Shown here: piece after piece, positions 54,771-63,335 of the stretch | How positions within the stretch are numbered: position 1 is the stretch's first letter | How the letters are laid out: each line of letters begins with the position of its first letter | NCBI GenBank assembly: GCA_965219955.1 | Contig: OZ244799.1 | Coordinates: 764,828-828,827 of the forward strand | Direction of reading: 5' to 3' | DNA: 64,000 nucleotides | Source of the DNA: a bacterium | GTDB taxonomy: Bacteria > UBA8248 | Translations under genes and position numbers: made by a program | Notes under the pieces: model-generated | Database searches by the model: none | The model's input: only the letters and a program-made list of their open reading frames with translations | What the model was told of the DNA's origin: nothing

Positions 54771-55412
54771 CTAGCCTCGATACTTGGCGAATGTCTCGCC
54801 GATGCTCGCGCCTTTTTCCAGCTCCGCGGTGATTTTTTCTTCGATTTTCGCAAGTTCATCCATCTTGTCGATGACATCCCCGAGCCTTTCCCTGGGGATG
54901 ACGACCACGCCGTTGACGTCACCGAGAATGATGTCTCCCTGCCTCACCGTGACGCCCCCGCAATTGATCGGCTCTCCCACGCTGATGGGAAGCGTATACC
55001 CGCCGCTGCCGTGAACCGATACCCCTCTGGCGAACACGGGAAATCCCATCTGGCGGTGTTCTTCGATATCCCTGGCTCTGCCGTCGAGGACGACTCCGCC
55101 CAGATTCATCACTTTCGCCCGCGTACTCATCATCCCGCCCCAGTTGGCCGTCGTGACTCCTGGCGGGATGCTGATGACGACGATGCTCCCTTCGGGCGCC
55201 GCGTCGATGTGGTGCACCTCGCGCTTGGGCAGGGGGCCGCCACCGGCCGGAACCATTCGAACGGTGTGGGCCTCTCCCACCATCCGATAATCCGGGTCGG
55301 GCGACAACAGGATGATGTCGGGCATGTGGCCTCTGATTTTCAATTTATCGAAAGCGTCCGCCGCCTGACAGGTCGAATAGCTTCCCAAACGATTCAACAA
55401 TTCGTTGCTCAT
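54771..55412 (-). CDS. RraA family protein (aldolase/decarboxylase-type)
   Basis: ANWGGMMSTRAKVMNLGGVVLDGRARD...GFPVFARG pattern. Confidence 0.8.
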   Translation of the reverse strand: MSNELLNRLGSYSTCQAADAFDKLKIRGHMPDIILLSPDPDYRMVGEAHTVRMVPAGGGPLPKREVHHIDAAPEGSIVVISIPPGVTTANWGGMMSTRAKVMNLGGVVLDGRARDIEEHRQMGFPVFARGVSVHGSGGYTLPISVGEPINCGGVTVRQGDIILGDVNGVVVIPRERLGDVIDKMDELAKIEEKITAELEKGASIGETFAKYRG

Positions 55413-55497
55413 GAAATTCTCCGTAATCCGTTGTCTCCGAATAGGTCGGCGTCATGTGGCGAATGGAGTGCTCAGATTCTCTTTGAAGGCCTGCGAT

Positions 55498-56250
55498 TTA
55501 TACACGAAATTCCGAAAATCGCACACCATCCGGATCGAGTTCCTCCAGGGCGCTCAGTTCTCCGGCGTCTGGCGCGGGAGTTTGCGCCACCATGCTCGGG
55601 CGCTTCAGGTCGAAGCCTGTTTTCTCGATCACTTCATCCAACGAGTGGCCAGGGTGAACGCTGGCGATCTCGAGCCCGGTGGGTTTTTTCTCGAACAAGG
55701 CGATGGGTGTCACGACGTGGCTCAGATTGCCCGATTGCGTCGAGAAATCGACTTTGGGTACGAGAAACCGCTTGTCGTGCACCGTTCGCCATATGACGGT
55801 TCGTTTCACCTGGGGCATGATAACGGCGCCTCCCCCGCCGCCAGGGAGTCTCACTTTCGGGTGGAAGGGATCGCCGATGTAGCTCAAGTTGGCTCGTCCC
55901 TGCTTGTCGAGTTGGGCGGCTCCCAGAAAAGCCATGTCCACCCCGCCGCGCGCAAAGAGATCGTACATATCCGGGTTGTAGAACATAGAAGCGGCACCAT
56001 GGCAGAGTTCAGGGTCGGCCGTGCTGTTCGGCATAAAGCGCGGTTTCGGGTCCACCGAACCCGCGACTTCTATGAGCGAGCAGTTGGGGGCATGTCGTTT
56101 CTTGGCCAGGAAGATCGCGACCATGGGAAGCGGGGAGTTGACCCCGTGAAACACGTTCTCGCCGTCTTCGATAAGGCGCGACAGCGTTACGGCCATCTGG
56201 TTTCCGGCGCGGCTCACATGTTCGGGCAACGAAGCCAGGCGGTTGCCCAT
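55498..56250 (-). CDS. CoA-transferase subunit B (glutaconate/3-oxoacid type)
   Basis: Typical beta-subunit length. Placed directly downstream of the subunit A gene, 2 nt after its stop. Confidence 0.8.
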   Translation of the reverse strand: MGNRLASLPEHVSRAGNQMAVTLSRLIEDGENVFHGVNSPLPMVAIFLAKKRHAPNCSLIEVAGSVDPKPRFMPNSTADPELCHGAASMFYNPDMYDLFARGGVDMAFLGAAQLDKQGRANLSYIGDPFHPKVRLPGGGGGAVIMPQVKRTVIWRTVHDKRFLVPKVDFSTQSGNLSHVVTPIALFEKKPTGLEIASVHPGHSLDEVIEKTGFDLKRPSMVAQTPAPDAGELSALEELDPDGVRFSEFRV

Positions 56251-56252
56251 CG

Positions 56253-57080
56253 TTATTTCGTCACCGCGTCTTGCGCGTGTGTTTCATCGGTGCTTGCCAG
56301 ATAATCCCGAAGCCCGTCCTGGCTTTGGGTCAAAGTCATGTAGCGCCTCATCTCGGTTTTGTCGACTCCATAATATGGATGGCAACTGCATGGGGACGCC
56401 CCGCCCGGCGTTTCCACGACAGCTTTGACGAGAAAGCCTGGAATCGTGGTTCTCTCCGGCTCCGCAGCGATTTCTTCGGGGTCTACGATTTTCTCGGTCG
56501 TGAGAATGACCCCTTTTTGCGCCGCGCGCGTCATTTCAACGTCGAATTGCTGGTTGCCCAGGATTTGTGCGTTACCCTGTGGGTCTGTTTTCTGGACGTG
56601 GATCAACGCCCAGTCCGGCTTGAGGGCGGGAATCGCATAGAGTTCCTCTTTCGTGTAGGGGTCTTCAATTGTGAAGATGCCGCTTTGCTCCGGAATGTCG
56701 CTCCCGTCGAATCCGCGAATGGGTTGGAAGGGAACGCCGTAGGCTGCGGCCCGCAGCCCAGCAAGTACGGTGGCTCAGGCGTGTTCGGTCAGGCCGGTCA
56801 ACCCTTTTTCAATCGCCTTTCGATAGTGAGGCGCCAATCCGAATTCTGCCTCGAATGTAACAATGCCGCTGATGATTTTCTTCACGGCGCCTGCGGCGCA
56901 AAGGAGATCGGCGTCGTAACCGGGAGAGGGCTTGATGAGCGTGAGGTCCCGAAGACCCACGCGCGCAATTTCGCGGACGAGCGCGGCGGGCGTTCTGTGT
57001 AAAAGCGTTCCCCCGGGGCTGATCGCGTCTCCTTGGCGGATGAGAGAAGCGGCTTCTCGTAAGGAAATTTGCTTGCTCAT
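56253..57080 (-). pseudogene. CoA-transferase subunit A gene interrupted by one in-frame TGA (56772-56774)
   Basis: ORFs 56775-57080 and 56253-56606 are in the same frame. The read-through translation ...GLTGLTEHA*ATVLAGLRAAAYGVPFQPIRGFDGSD... is continuous and subunit-A-like across the stop. Confidence 0.7.
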
Positions 57081-57314
57081 GGGCAGTTTTCATCCCTTTG
57101 TTTAGGGCGTATGCAACAGGAACAAGAAACCATGCGGCATAGTTTAGCAAAAGTAGATGTCTTGTGCTTGCTCCCATACGCCTTTTTGCTGGCAGAGAGG
57201 TGATTTCGACGCATTCATTGACCAACGGCCTCGGTGTGGCGTAAATATCGGTGAAATGACACTTTCTATCATGTGCCGGCATACATCCAGACGAATCAAT
57301 TAAAGGAGCATGGA

Positions 57315-57827
57315 ATGCCACGAATTTCCTTGTTAGAACCCGAGCAGGCGGAAGCGTCCGCGAAACGCATCATGGAGAATTTGCAAAAACAGTTCGGTGT
57401 CGTGATTCCGCCGGTGAAGGCCCTGGCCCACAAACCGGATTTCTTGCGCTCCTTGCTGAGTCTGACCACGGTGGCGGATGGCCCGGGGGAAATCGACGTC
57501 GGCTTCAAGGAAATCCTGAACATTCGAGCATCGGTGCTCAACGGGTGTCATTTTTGCGCCAACATGCATTCGAACATGGCGCGCATGCACAAGGTGGGGG
57601 ATGAGAAAACGAAAGCTGCGCAAGAGGGTTCCTCGAGCGACGTTTTTGATGAAAAGGAAAAGGCGGCGCTTCGCCTTTGTGAGGAAAGCACGCAGGGGGT
57701 GAGCGTTTCAGACGAAACATTCGAAGCGCTGAAGGCGCACTACTCGGAAGCGCAGATTGTGGAGCTCCTCGGCGCCATCGCGCTCATCAACACCTGGAAT
57801 CGGCTCATCGTGGGAATGGGATTTTAA
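57315..57827 (+). CDS. carboxymuconolactone decarboxylase (AhpD-like) family protein
   Basis: AAAGGAGC RBS. NGCHFCANMH CxxC-type motif. Confidence 0.8.
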   Translation: MPRISLLEPEQAEASAKRIMENLQKQFGVVIPPVKALAHKPDFLRSLLSLTTVADGPGEIDVGFKEILNIRASVLNGCHFCANMHSNMARMHKVGDEKTKAAQEGSSSDVFDEKEKAALRLCEESTQGVSVSDETFEALKAHYSEAQIVELLGAIALINTWNRLIVGMGF

Positions 57828-57877
57828 TACGAGGGCTTACTTCTTCGCGGCCGGGTCCGCTGAGAAGGGAGGATTTA

Positions 57878-59056
57878 TTAGAGGCTCAGTGCAGCCCGGC
57901 TGACCGTAAGTTCGGTTTCTCCCAATAGCTCCGATGTCGTGAGTTTTCCGCTCATCACGGAGATCAGTTCGTTTTCGAGCAAATCCCTCGCCTCGTCGAT
58001 GCGCATCGTTCCTTCCATAACGCCGCTGATATCCACGTCGATGTTCTCGGCCATCGTCCGCGCGGTTCGGGGATTTCCCGTCACCTTGATGGTGGGAGAG
58101 ACAGGGTGCCCGATGGGGTTGCCGATTCCGGTCGAGAAAACAATCGCCTGCGCCCCGCTGGCCGCCAGGGAGGATATGTTCTCCACGCCTGCGCAGGGCG
58201 CGTCGGCGAAGATGGCGCCTTTTTTCTTGGGGCGCTCACCCACGCCGACGACTTCGACGATGGGGTGGCTTCCCGCTTTTTTGATGGCTCCCAAGCTTTT
58301 CTCCTCGATGGAGGAAAGTCCGCCCCGGATGTTATCGGGCGCCGGGTTCGAGCCGATGAAATCGACGCCGATGCTTTCGGCATAATCGACAGCGCGCTTT
58401 GCGGAATCGATGATTCTCCGCCCCGTCTTCCTGTCCGCGGCCCGGCGGGCGAGCAAATGCTCGGCTCCGACGATTTCCAGCGTTTCGGAAAAGATGACAG
58501 ACCCACCCGCTTCCACGACCCTGTCGGCGACCATTCCCGTCACGGGGTTTGAGATGACGCCGCTGGTCGTATCCGAGCCTCCGCATTCGGCCCCGATGGT
58601 GAGTTCGCCCAATTCACAGCGGACGCGCCTGGCGGATGCGAGGTGGTCGGAAAGTTTCGTGGCGAGCTCCACGACGTGCGAAGTGGTGCTGAGTGTGCCT
58701 CCGATCTCCTGGATGTTCACGGCTTCTATGGGCATCCAGGGAGACGTTCTCGCGGCTACTTCCGCGATGGCGTTGGCGCTCTTGGGTTCGAGGCTCACGA
58801 TGATGGCGGCTCCTACGTTCGGGTGAGCAGCCGTGTGTCCCATGACCCGCCAATGTTGCGCTTCGTCCTCACCCATCAGGGCGCGTCCGAACGAGGTGTT
58901 GACGGGCGTGGCGTCTCGCACCAGGGAGCCGATTCTGCGGACGATGGGGTTGGAATTGTCCATTCCGCTGACGATGGCGAGATGATTCCGGCCGCCCGGA
59001 GGGCCTTCGGGTCTCCTGTAGCCCCAGAAGGTGGGAGTGGCTTTTTTTCGGGCCAT
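57878..59056 (-). CDS. UxaA family hydrolase/dehydratase, large (C-terminal domain) subunit
   Basis: FWGYRRPEGPPGGRNHLAIVS start. About 390 aa. Paired with the upstream SAF subunit. Confidence 0.85.
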   Translation of the reverse strand: MARKKATPTFWGYRRPEGPPGGRNHLAIVSGMDNSNPIVRRIGSLVRDATPVNTSFGRALMGEDEAQHWRVMGHTAAHPNVGAAIIVSLEPKSANAIAEVAARTSPWMPIEAVNIQEIGGTLSTTSHVVELATKLSDHLASARRVRCELGELTIGAECGGSDTTSGVISNPVTGMVADRVVEAGGSVIFSETLEIVGAEHLLARRAADRKTGRRIIDSAKRAVDYAESIGVDFIGSNPAPDNIRGGLSSIEEKSLGAIKKAGSHPIVEVVGVGERPKKKGAIFADAPCAGVENISSLAASGAQAIVFSTGIGNPIGHPVSPTIKVTGNPRTARTMAENIDVDISGVMEGTMRIDEARDLLENELISVMSGKLTTSELLGETELTVSRAALSL

Positions 59057-59058
59057 AT

Positions 59059-59331
59059 CTAGCCTCTGGTGCTTTTGATGTTGTGGACGTGGACGTGGCT
59101 TCCGGTGGATATGTTTTGCGTGGCGGTGCCGATCACCTCGCCGTATTTGAGCACTTTTGCGCTCGGGCGGATCTTTCGCAGCGCGATTTTATGGCCGAAA
59201 GGAATTGCTTCCGTCGCGGTAATCGTCGAAGTTTCCTCGTTGCCTTCGACTTCCACATTCTGCTCGGGTGCGATGTCCTCCAGCACGGTGGCCACATTGT
59301 CTTTCGGGTGCATCACCAGCGCTCTGCTCAT
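59059..59331 (-). CDS. UxaA family SAF-domain small subunit
   Basis: 90 aa. HPKDNVATVLEDI...IPFGHKIALRKI...VLKYGEVIG...GSHVHVHN. Confidence 0.85.
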   Translation of the reverse strand: MSRALVMHPKDNVATVLEDIAPEQNVEVEGNEETSTITATEAIPFGHKIALRKIRPSAKVLKYGEVIGTATQNISTGSHVHVHNIKSTRG

Positions 59332-59352
59332 CGGGTGCTCTCCTCGGCGAGT

Positions 59353-59694
59353 CTAGTCGTCGCTTCCGACATTCCCGGGCAGCCTCAAGCGAAGCCTTTC
59401 GACGGGACGGCCGTTTTTCAGGTGTTCCTCGATGAGTTCCGGAACGTCCTCCACCTTTACGCCCGTGTACCAGACCCCCTCCGGATAGACGACCAGGGTG
59501 GGACCCATCGTGCACGGACCCAGACAAGTGGCGCCGGCCATGGCCGTATCCGCAGCGAGTTCATCGTTCGAGCCAATCGCTTCCGTGATCGCTTGCGCCA
59601 CTTCGATGCTGCCCTTGCTCTGACAACAGCCCATGGGATGAGTAGGCGGGCGTTGATTGATGCAGACGAAAACGTGTCTTTTGATGTGTTCCAC
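59353..59694 (-). CDS. thioredoxin-like (2Fe-2S) ferredoxin
   Basis: HVFVCINQR...GCC...ATCLGPCTMGPTLVVYPEGVWY. Confidence 0.8.
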   Translation of the reverse strand: MEHIKRHVFVCINQRPPTHPMGCCQSKGSIEVAQAITEAIGSNDELAADTAMAGATCLGPCTMGPTLVVYPEGVWYTGVKVEDVPELIEEHLKNGRPVERLRLRLPGNVGSDD

Positions 59695-59894
59695 GGTTAT
59701 CCTCTTTTCAAATGATGGGTGAACTCTTGTGGAATTTTCCCGAGCGAGGTTTCAAAGTCTATCGGCTTCTACCCTGAATGACTTTGCCAGAAGGGGATGA
59801 TACGCTCCGTTCACTAGAAGTCAAGGGATTCGCCGCTTTTGGATTCAGGGTAGGCGGGTCGGTCGCCATGGCCTGAGGTGAGTCTGTCTCTATA

Positions 59895-62642
59895 ATGTTC
59901 AAGAAATTTCCAAACGACGTGAACGAAGCGTTCTTAGAAGATCAACAACCTGTCGTCTACCGGATGAAGGGTGGTCCCACCTGTCTTTTCCTGCAGGACT
60001 CCAACGCTCCTGCCGTGAGCGTGCAGGCATGGTTTCTCGTCGGCAGTCTTACGGAAACGGACCGGCTCGCGGGCGTCTCCCATTTCCTCGAACACATGAT
60101 ATTCAAGGGTTCGGAAAATCTGGAAGTAGGAGAACTCGCCTCTCTGGCCGAGTCTTCCGGCGGGGACATCAACGCCTATACGACGAACGAATCCACCCAT
60201 TACGATCTGATATCGATGCCGGATGAGTTCGAAGGGTGCCTGCACGCGCTCCTCGATGCGCTTTGGTGGCCCCGGTTTGAGGATAGCGAAGTTCGCCAGG
60301 AAAGACAGGTCATTCTTTCCGAATGGAACCGCACCTATGAACAACCCGACCAAGTGCTTCAATATCACCTTTATCGCGAGGCATACGGCCCCCGGCATCC
60401 ATACGGGCGCGCCATTCTAGGCACTCGACGGACGCTGAAGAGCATAGGTGCGGGGGAGTTGAAGAAATATCACGCAAAATTCTATGAGCCCTCATCCGCC
60501 GTGCTGGTGTTTGCCGGAGATTTTGACATCTCCAGGGTGAAATCCATTTTGAGAAAAGGACAAAAAAGCTTTCTCAACAGATGGCCGAAACTACAGCGGC
60601 GGAAAATGCCGAACGTTCCCCGGCCGGCTCCTCTCAATGCAGGGCCGCGCATCTTTGTGCGGCGTGGCCGCGCGGGTACGGCGCACTTGGAATTCGCCTT
60701 TGAAATTCCTCCCCTGACGCACCGGGATGCTCCCGCACTGGAAGTGCTCGGTATCGTCCTGGGGTCGGGCGAAAGCTCACGCCTGTATGAGCAGCTTTGC
60801 ATGAACACTTCGCTGATGTTCGACGTTTCCGCTGATGTCTATCTCTCCAGCGGGCCGGGGCTGTTTTTCCTGGGCGGATATACCGCGCCGGAAAGCGTCG
60901 AGATGGCCGCCGAGCAAATCCTCCAGGTGGCGAAACAAATCATTGAAAACATGCCGCTCACTCCGGGTGAGTTGGATAAAGTGCGCATGAATTATCTGGC
61001 GGGCCTGGAGTTTCGGCGTGAGAGTATGACGGGCCGGGCCCGTGTAGCGGGCTATTCCGAGCTGATTACCCGAGACCCGAATTATCATTTGAAGTACATG
61101 AAAATGGTGATGAAAGTAAACGCGGATGACGTCTCGGATGTGGCGAGGCGATATTTGACGCCTTCGCGAATGACCGCGGGTGTGTTTTTCCCCAAGGGGG
61201 AGGCGCCGCGAGTCGGCGTGCGAAGAATTCGCAAGGCGATATGGAAGGGATTCGAAAACAAGCTTGAGCAAAAACGAAACGACATGCATCGAAGCCAGGG
61301 CGTGGCGGAAAAATCAACCGTATCCGGACATGCCCGGTCCGTTTCACAAAAAAGAGGCCATGTTAAAAAACGAGGGCGCACGGGGGCGAAGAGTAAACCT
61401 GTAGAGACAAAACTTCCGGGCGGAGGACGGCTGGTTATGCTTCCTGATGGCGGCCCGCGCGTTTTCTCTTTACGAGCTGTATTCCTGGGGGGACAAAGAA
61501 ATGAATCCGCCCGCCAGTCCGGGCTGCATGCCCTGATGATGTCCGTAGTCCCCATGGCGACCAGGAGATGTCCATCGTTTGTTCATACCAAGGAAGTAGA
61601 GGGTTTGGGTGCGAGTATCGATGGGTTCTCGGGGAGGAATTCGTTCGGGCTGACGGCTTCCGGCCTCAGCGCGGTATTGCCGGAAGTCATGGATAGATTC
61701 GTGGAAGTCATGTCGGAGCCCGCTTTCGACGAGAATGATGTCGAGTTCGTCAGGGAAGAACTAAAAGCGGAACGTGAAAGTGAGTTGGACGATTTGGGCC
61801 GATACTGTCGATTCAAGGGTCATCAGCTTTTGTATGGAAAGCATCCATTGGGGCGCCACCCACTTGGAAATCAAAAAACGATGGCCGCCTTCAATCGGAG
61901 GGTTTTGAAGCGGGAATGGCGCAAAAGGACATCGCCTGCGGATTTGGTTGTCGCGGCGGCCGGCAATTTCGATGTCTCTCGTCTCGAAGAGCGTCTATCG
62001 AAAATGCTGAAGCCTTGGGCCGGGAGCGCTCCCCGGCAAACGCCGGTCCTTCAGCCTCCTCCTCCCGGAAGCCTCTCAAGGAGGCGGTTTCGCTCATATG
62101 AACTTGATGGAGTGACGCAAAGCCATATTCATATGTCGTTTTTGGGAGCGACGTTTCATGAGCCGGTCAGACATGCGCTTGCGATTATCGCTGCTGCATT
62201 GGGCAGTCAGGGCGGCGGACTCTTCCTGGAACTGAGAGAAAAGCGCGGCCTTGCCTACGATGTGAACGTTTCCTCTTACGAATCTCTGGACCCGGGCCCC
62301 ATTTCTATTTATGCGGCTACTCCCTTGGGGAAGGAAAAACTGGTCATCGACCTGATGCGGCAAGAAATTGCGCGGGTAATTTTACATGGACTTGATGATG
62401 AGGAATTCCAGCGAGCCAAGTCTTATCTCATTGGAGGATTGTCTCGCGCTCATCAACGCGCCTTTGCGAGAGCGGCCGACCTGGCGGGCAGATTCGTCCA
62501 TGGTTTGGGATGGGAAACGCTTGAAGAAACGAAGCGGCAAATTGAAGAGGTGGACATGGATTCCGTCAGAGAAGCCGCGCGTCATTTTATGAAGCCGAGC
62601 AAAGAATGCCTGGTGACTGTATCGGGCAAGACGTTGAAATAA
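59895..62642 (+). CDS. M16 (pitrilysin/insulinase) family peptidase, fused double unit
   Basis: HFLEHMIFKGS (HxxEH) in the first half. The second half is an M16-like inactive domain pair. 915 aa. Confidence 0.85.
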   Translation: MFKKFPNDVNEAFLEDQQPVVYRMKGGPTCLFLQDSNAPAVSVQAWFLVGSLTETDRLAGVSHFLEHMIFKGSENLEVGELASLAESSGGDINAYTTNESTHYDLISMPDEFEGCLHALLDALWWPRFEDSEVRQERQVILSEWNRTYEQPDQVLQYHLYREAYGPRHPYGRAILGTRRTLKSIGAGELKKYHAKFYEPSSAVLVFAGDFDISRVKSILRKGQKSFLNRWPKLQRRKMPNVPRPAPLNAGPRIFVRRGRAGTAHLEFAFEIPPLTHRDAPALEVLGIVLGSGESSRLYEQLCMNTSLMFDVSADVYLSSGPGLFFLGGYTAPESVEMAAEQILQVAKQIIENMPLTPGELDKVRMNYLAGLEFRRESMTGRARVAGYSELITRDPNYHLKYMKMVMKVNADDVSDVARRYLTPSRMTAGVFFPKGEAPRVGVRRIRKAIWKGFENKLEQKRNDMHRSQGVAEKSTVSGHARSVSQKRGHVKKRGRTGAKSKPVETKLPGGGRLVMLPDGGPRVFSLRAVFLGGQRNESARQSGLHALMMSVVPMATRRCPSFVHTKEVEGLGASIDGFSGRNSFGLTASGLSAVLPEVMDRFVEVMSEPAFDENDVEFVREELKAERESELDDLGRYCRFKGHQLLYGKHPLGRHPLGNQKTMAAFNRRVLKREWRKRTSPADLVVAAAGNFDVSRLEERLSKMLKPWAGSAPRQTPVLQPPPPGSLSRRRFRSYELDGVTQSHIHMSFLGATFHEPVRHALAIIAAALGSQGGGLFLELREKRGLAYDVNVSSYESLDPGPISIYAATPLGKEKLVIDLMRQEIARVILHGLDDEEFQRAKSYLIGGLSRAHQRAFARAADLAGRFVHGLGWETLEETKRQIEEVDMDSVREAARHFMKPSKECLVTVSGKTLK

Positions 62643-62651
62643 CCCGGCTAT

Positions 62652-63335
62652 CTAGCGTTCGGGTTGTTGAATCTCGCTCAAATCTTCTTGTAGTTTCCTC
62701 AACCGGCGACGCAATTGCGTCATTTCCTCGATGATGTTTTCTTCTTTCTGGTATGTGAGCAGCATTCGCTCCAATTCCCTGAGTTCAGCAGCCAGTCTGC
62801 GCCTTTCGGCGGGATTTCTCGATCGAATTCGTTCTTGTTCGATATCTTGAATGCGTTGTCGCAATTCTTCGAGAGTCATCGTCGTACGTGGCGTCAAAGG
62901 GATTTCTTTTGAGGTTTCATCTCGCGTGATTGCTTTGGGCCTTTGCCGGGCATGGCCGGGCCTCAGATTTTCCTCCACTTCAGCAGGAGTTCTGGATGGG
63001 AACCGATCGTGCATGCGGGGCGTTTCGGCAGAGGGGGTCGCAGGGATTCTATTGCTTTTATCGTTTGCGGGTTTTGTTTCTCCGGTGTCTTTTCGCCCGT
63101 ATGCGTGGTCTCTCTGATATTTCCCGATGGAGATCAGCGTATTCGTAACGGCTTTCTGGGTCTTGAAGTATGCGGACTGCACGGTGGATTTCGTTCTCTC
63201 CCAAACGTTTTTTGACGAAACGTTGCTTCCGGTACAACCCCCGGCCAGAATGCTGAACAACATGGCGGATAAAAGAAGAAGTTTTTTGTCAGAATAGAAA
63301 TTAGTTTGCGATTTGCTCGTATTCTTGTGTCTCAT
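62652..63335 (-). CDS. hypothetical lipoprotein with C-terminal coiled coil
   Basis: Lipobox ILAGGC. Low-complexity middle. Heptad-like ELRQRIQDIEQERI...LRELERMLLTYQKEE...LRRRLRKLQEDL. The start may be the internal ATG at 63263. Confidence 0.55.
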   Translation of the reverse strand: MRHKNTSKSQTNFYSDKKLLLLSAMLFSILAGGCTGSNVSSKNVWERTKSTVQSAYFKTQKAVTNTLISIGKYQRDHAYGRKDTGETKPANDKSNRIPATPSAETPRMHDRFPSRTPAEVEENLRPGHARQRPKAITRDETSKEIPLTPRTTMTLEELRQRIQDIEQERIRSRNPAERRRLAAELRELERMLLTYQKEENIIEEMTQLRRRLRKLQEDLSEIQQPER

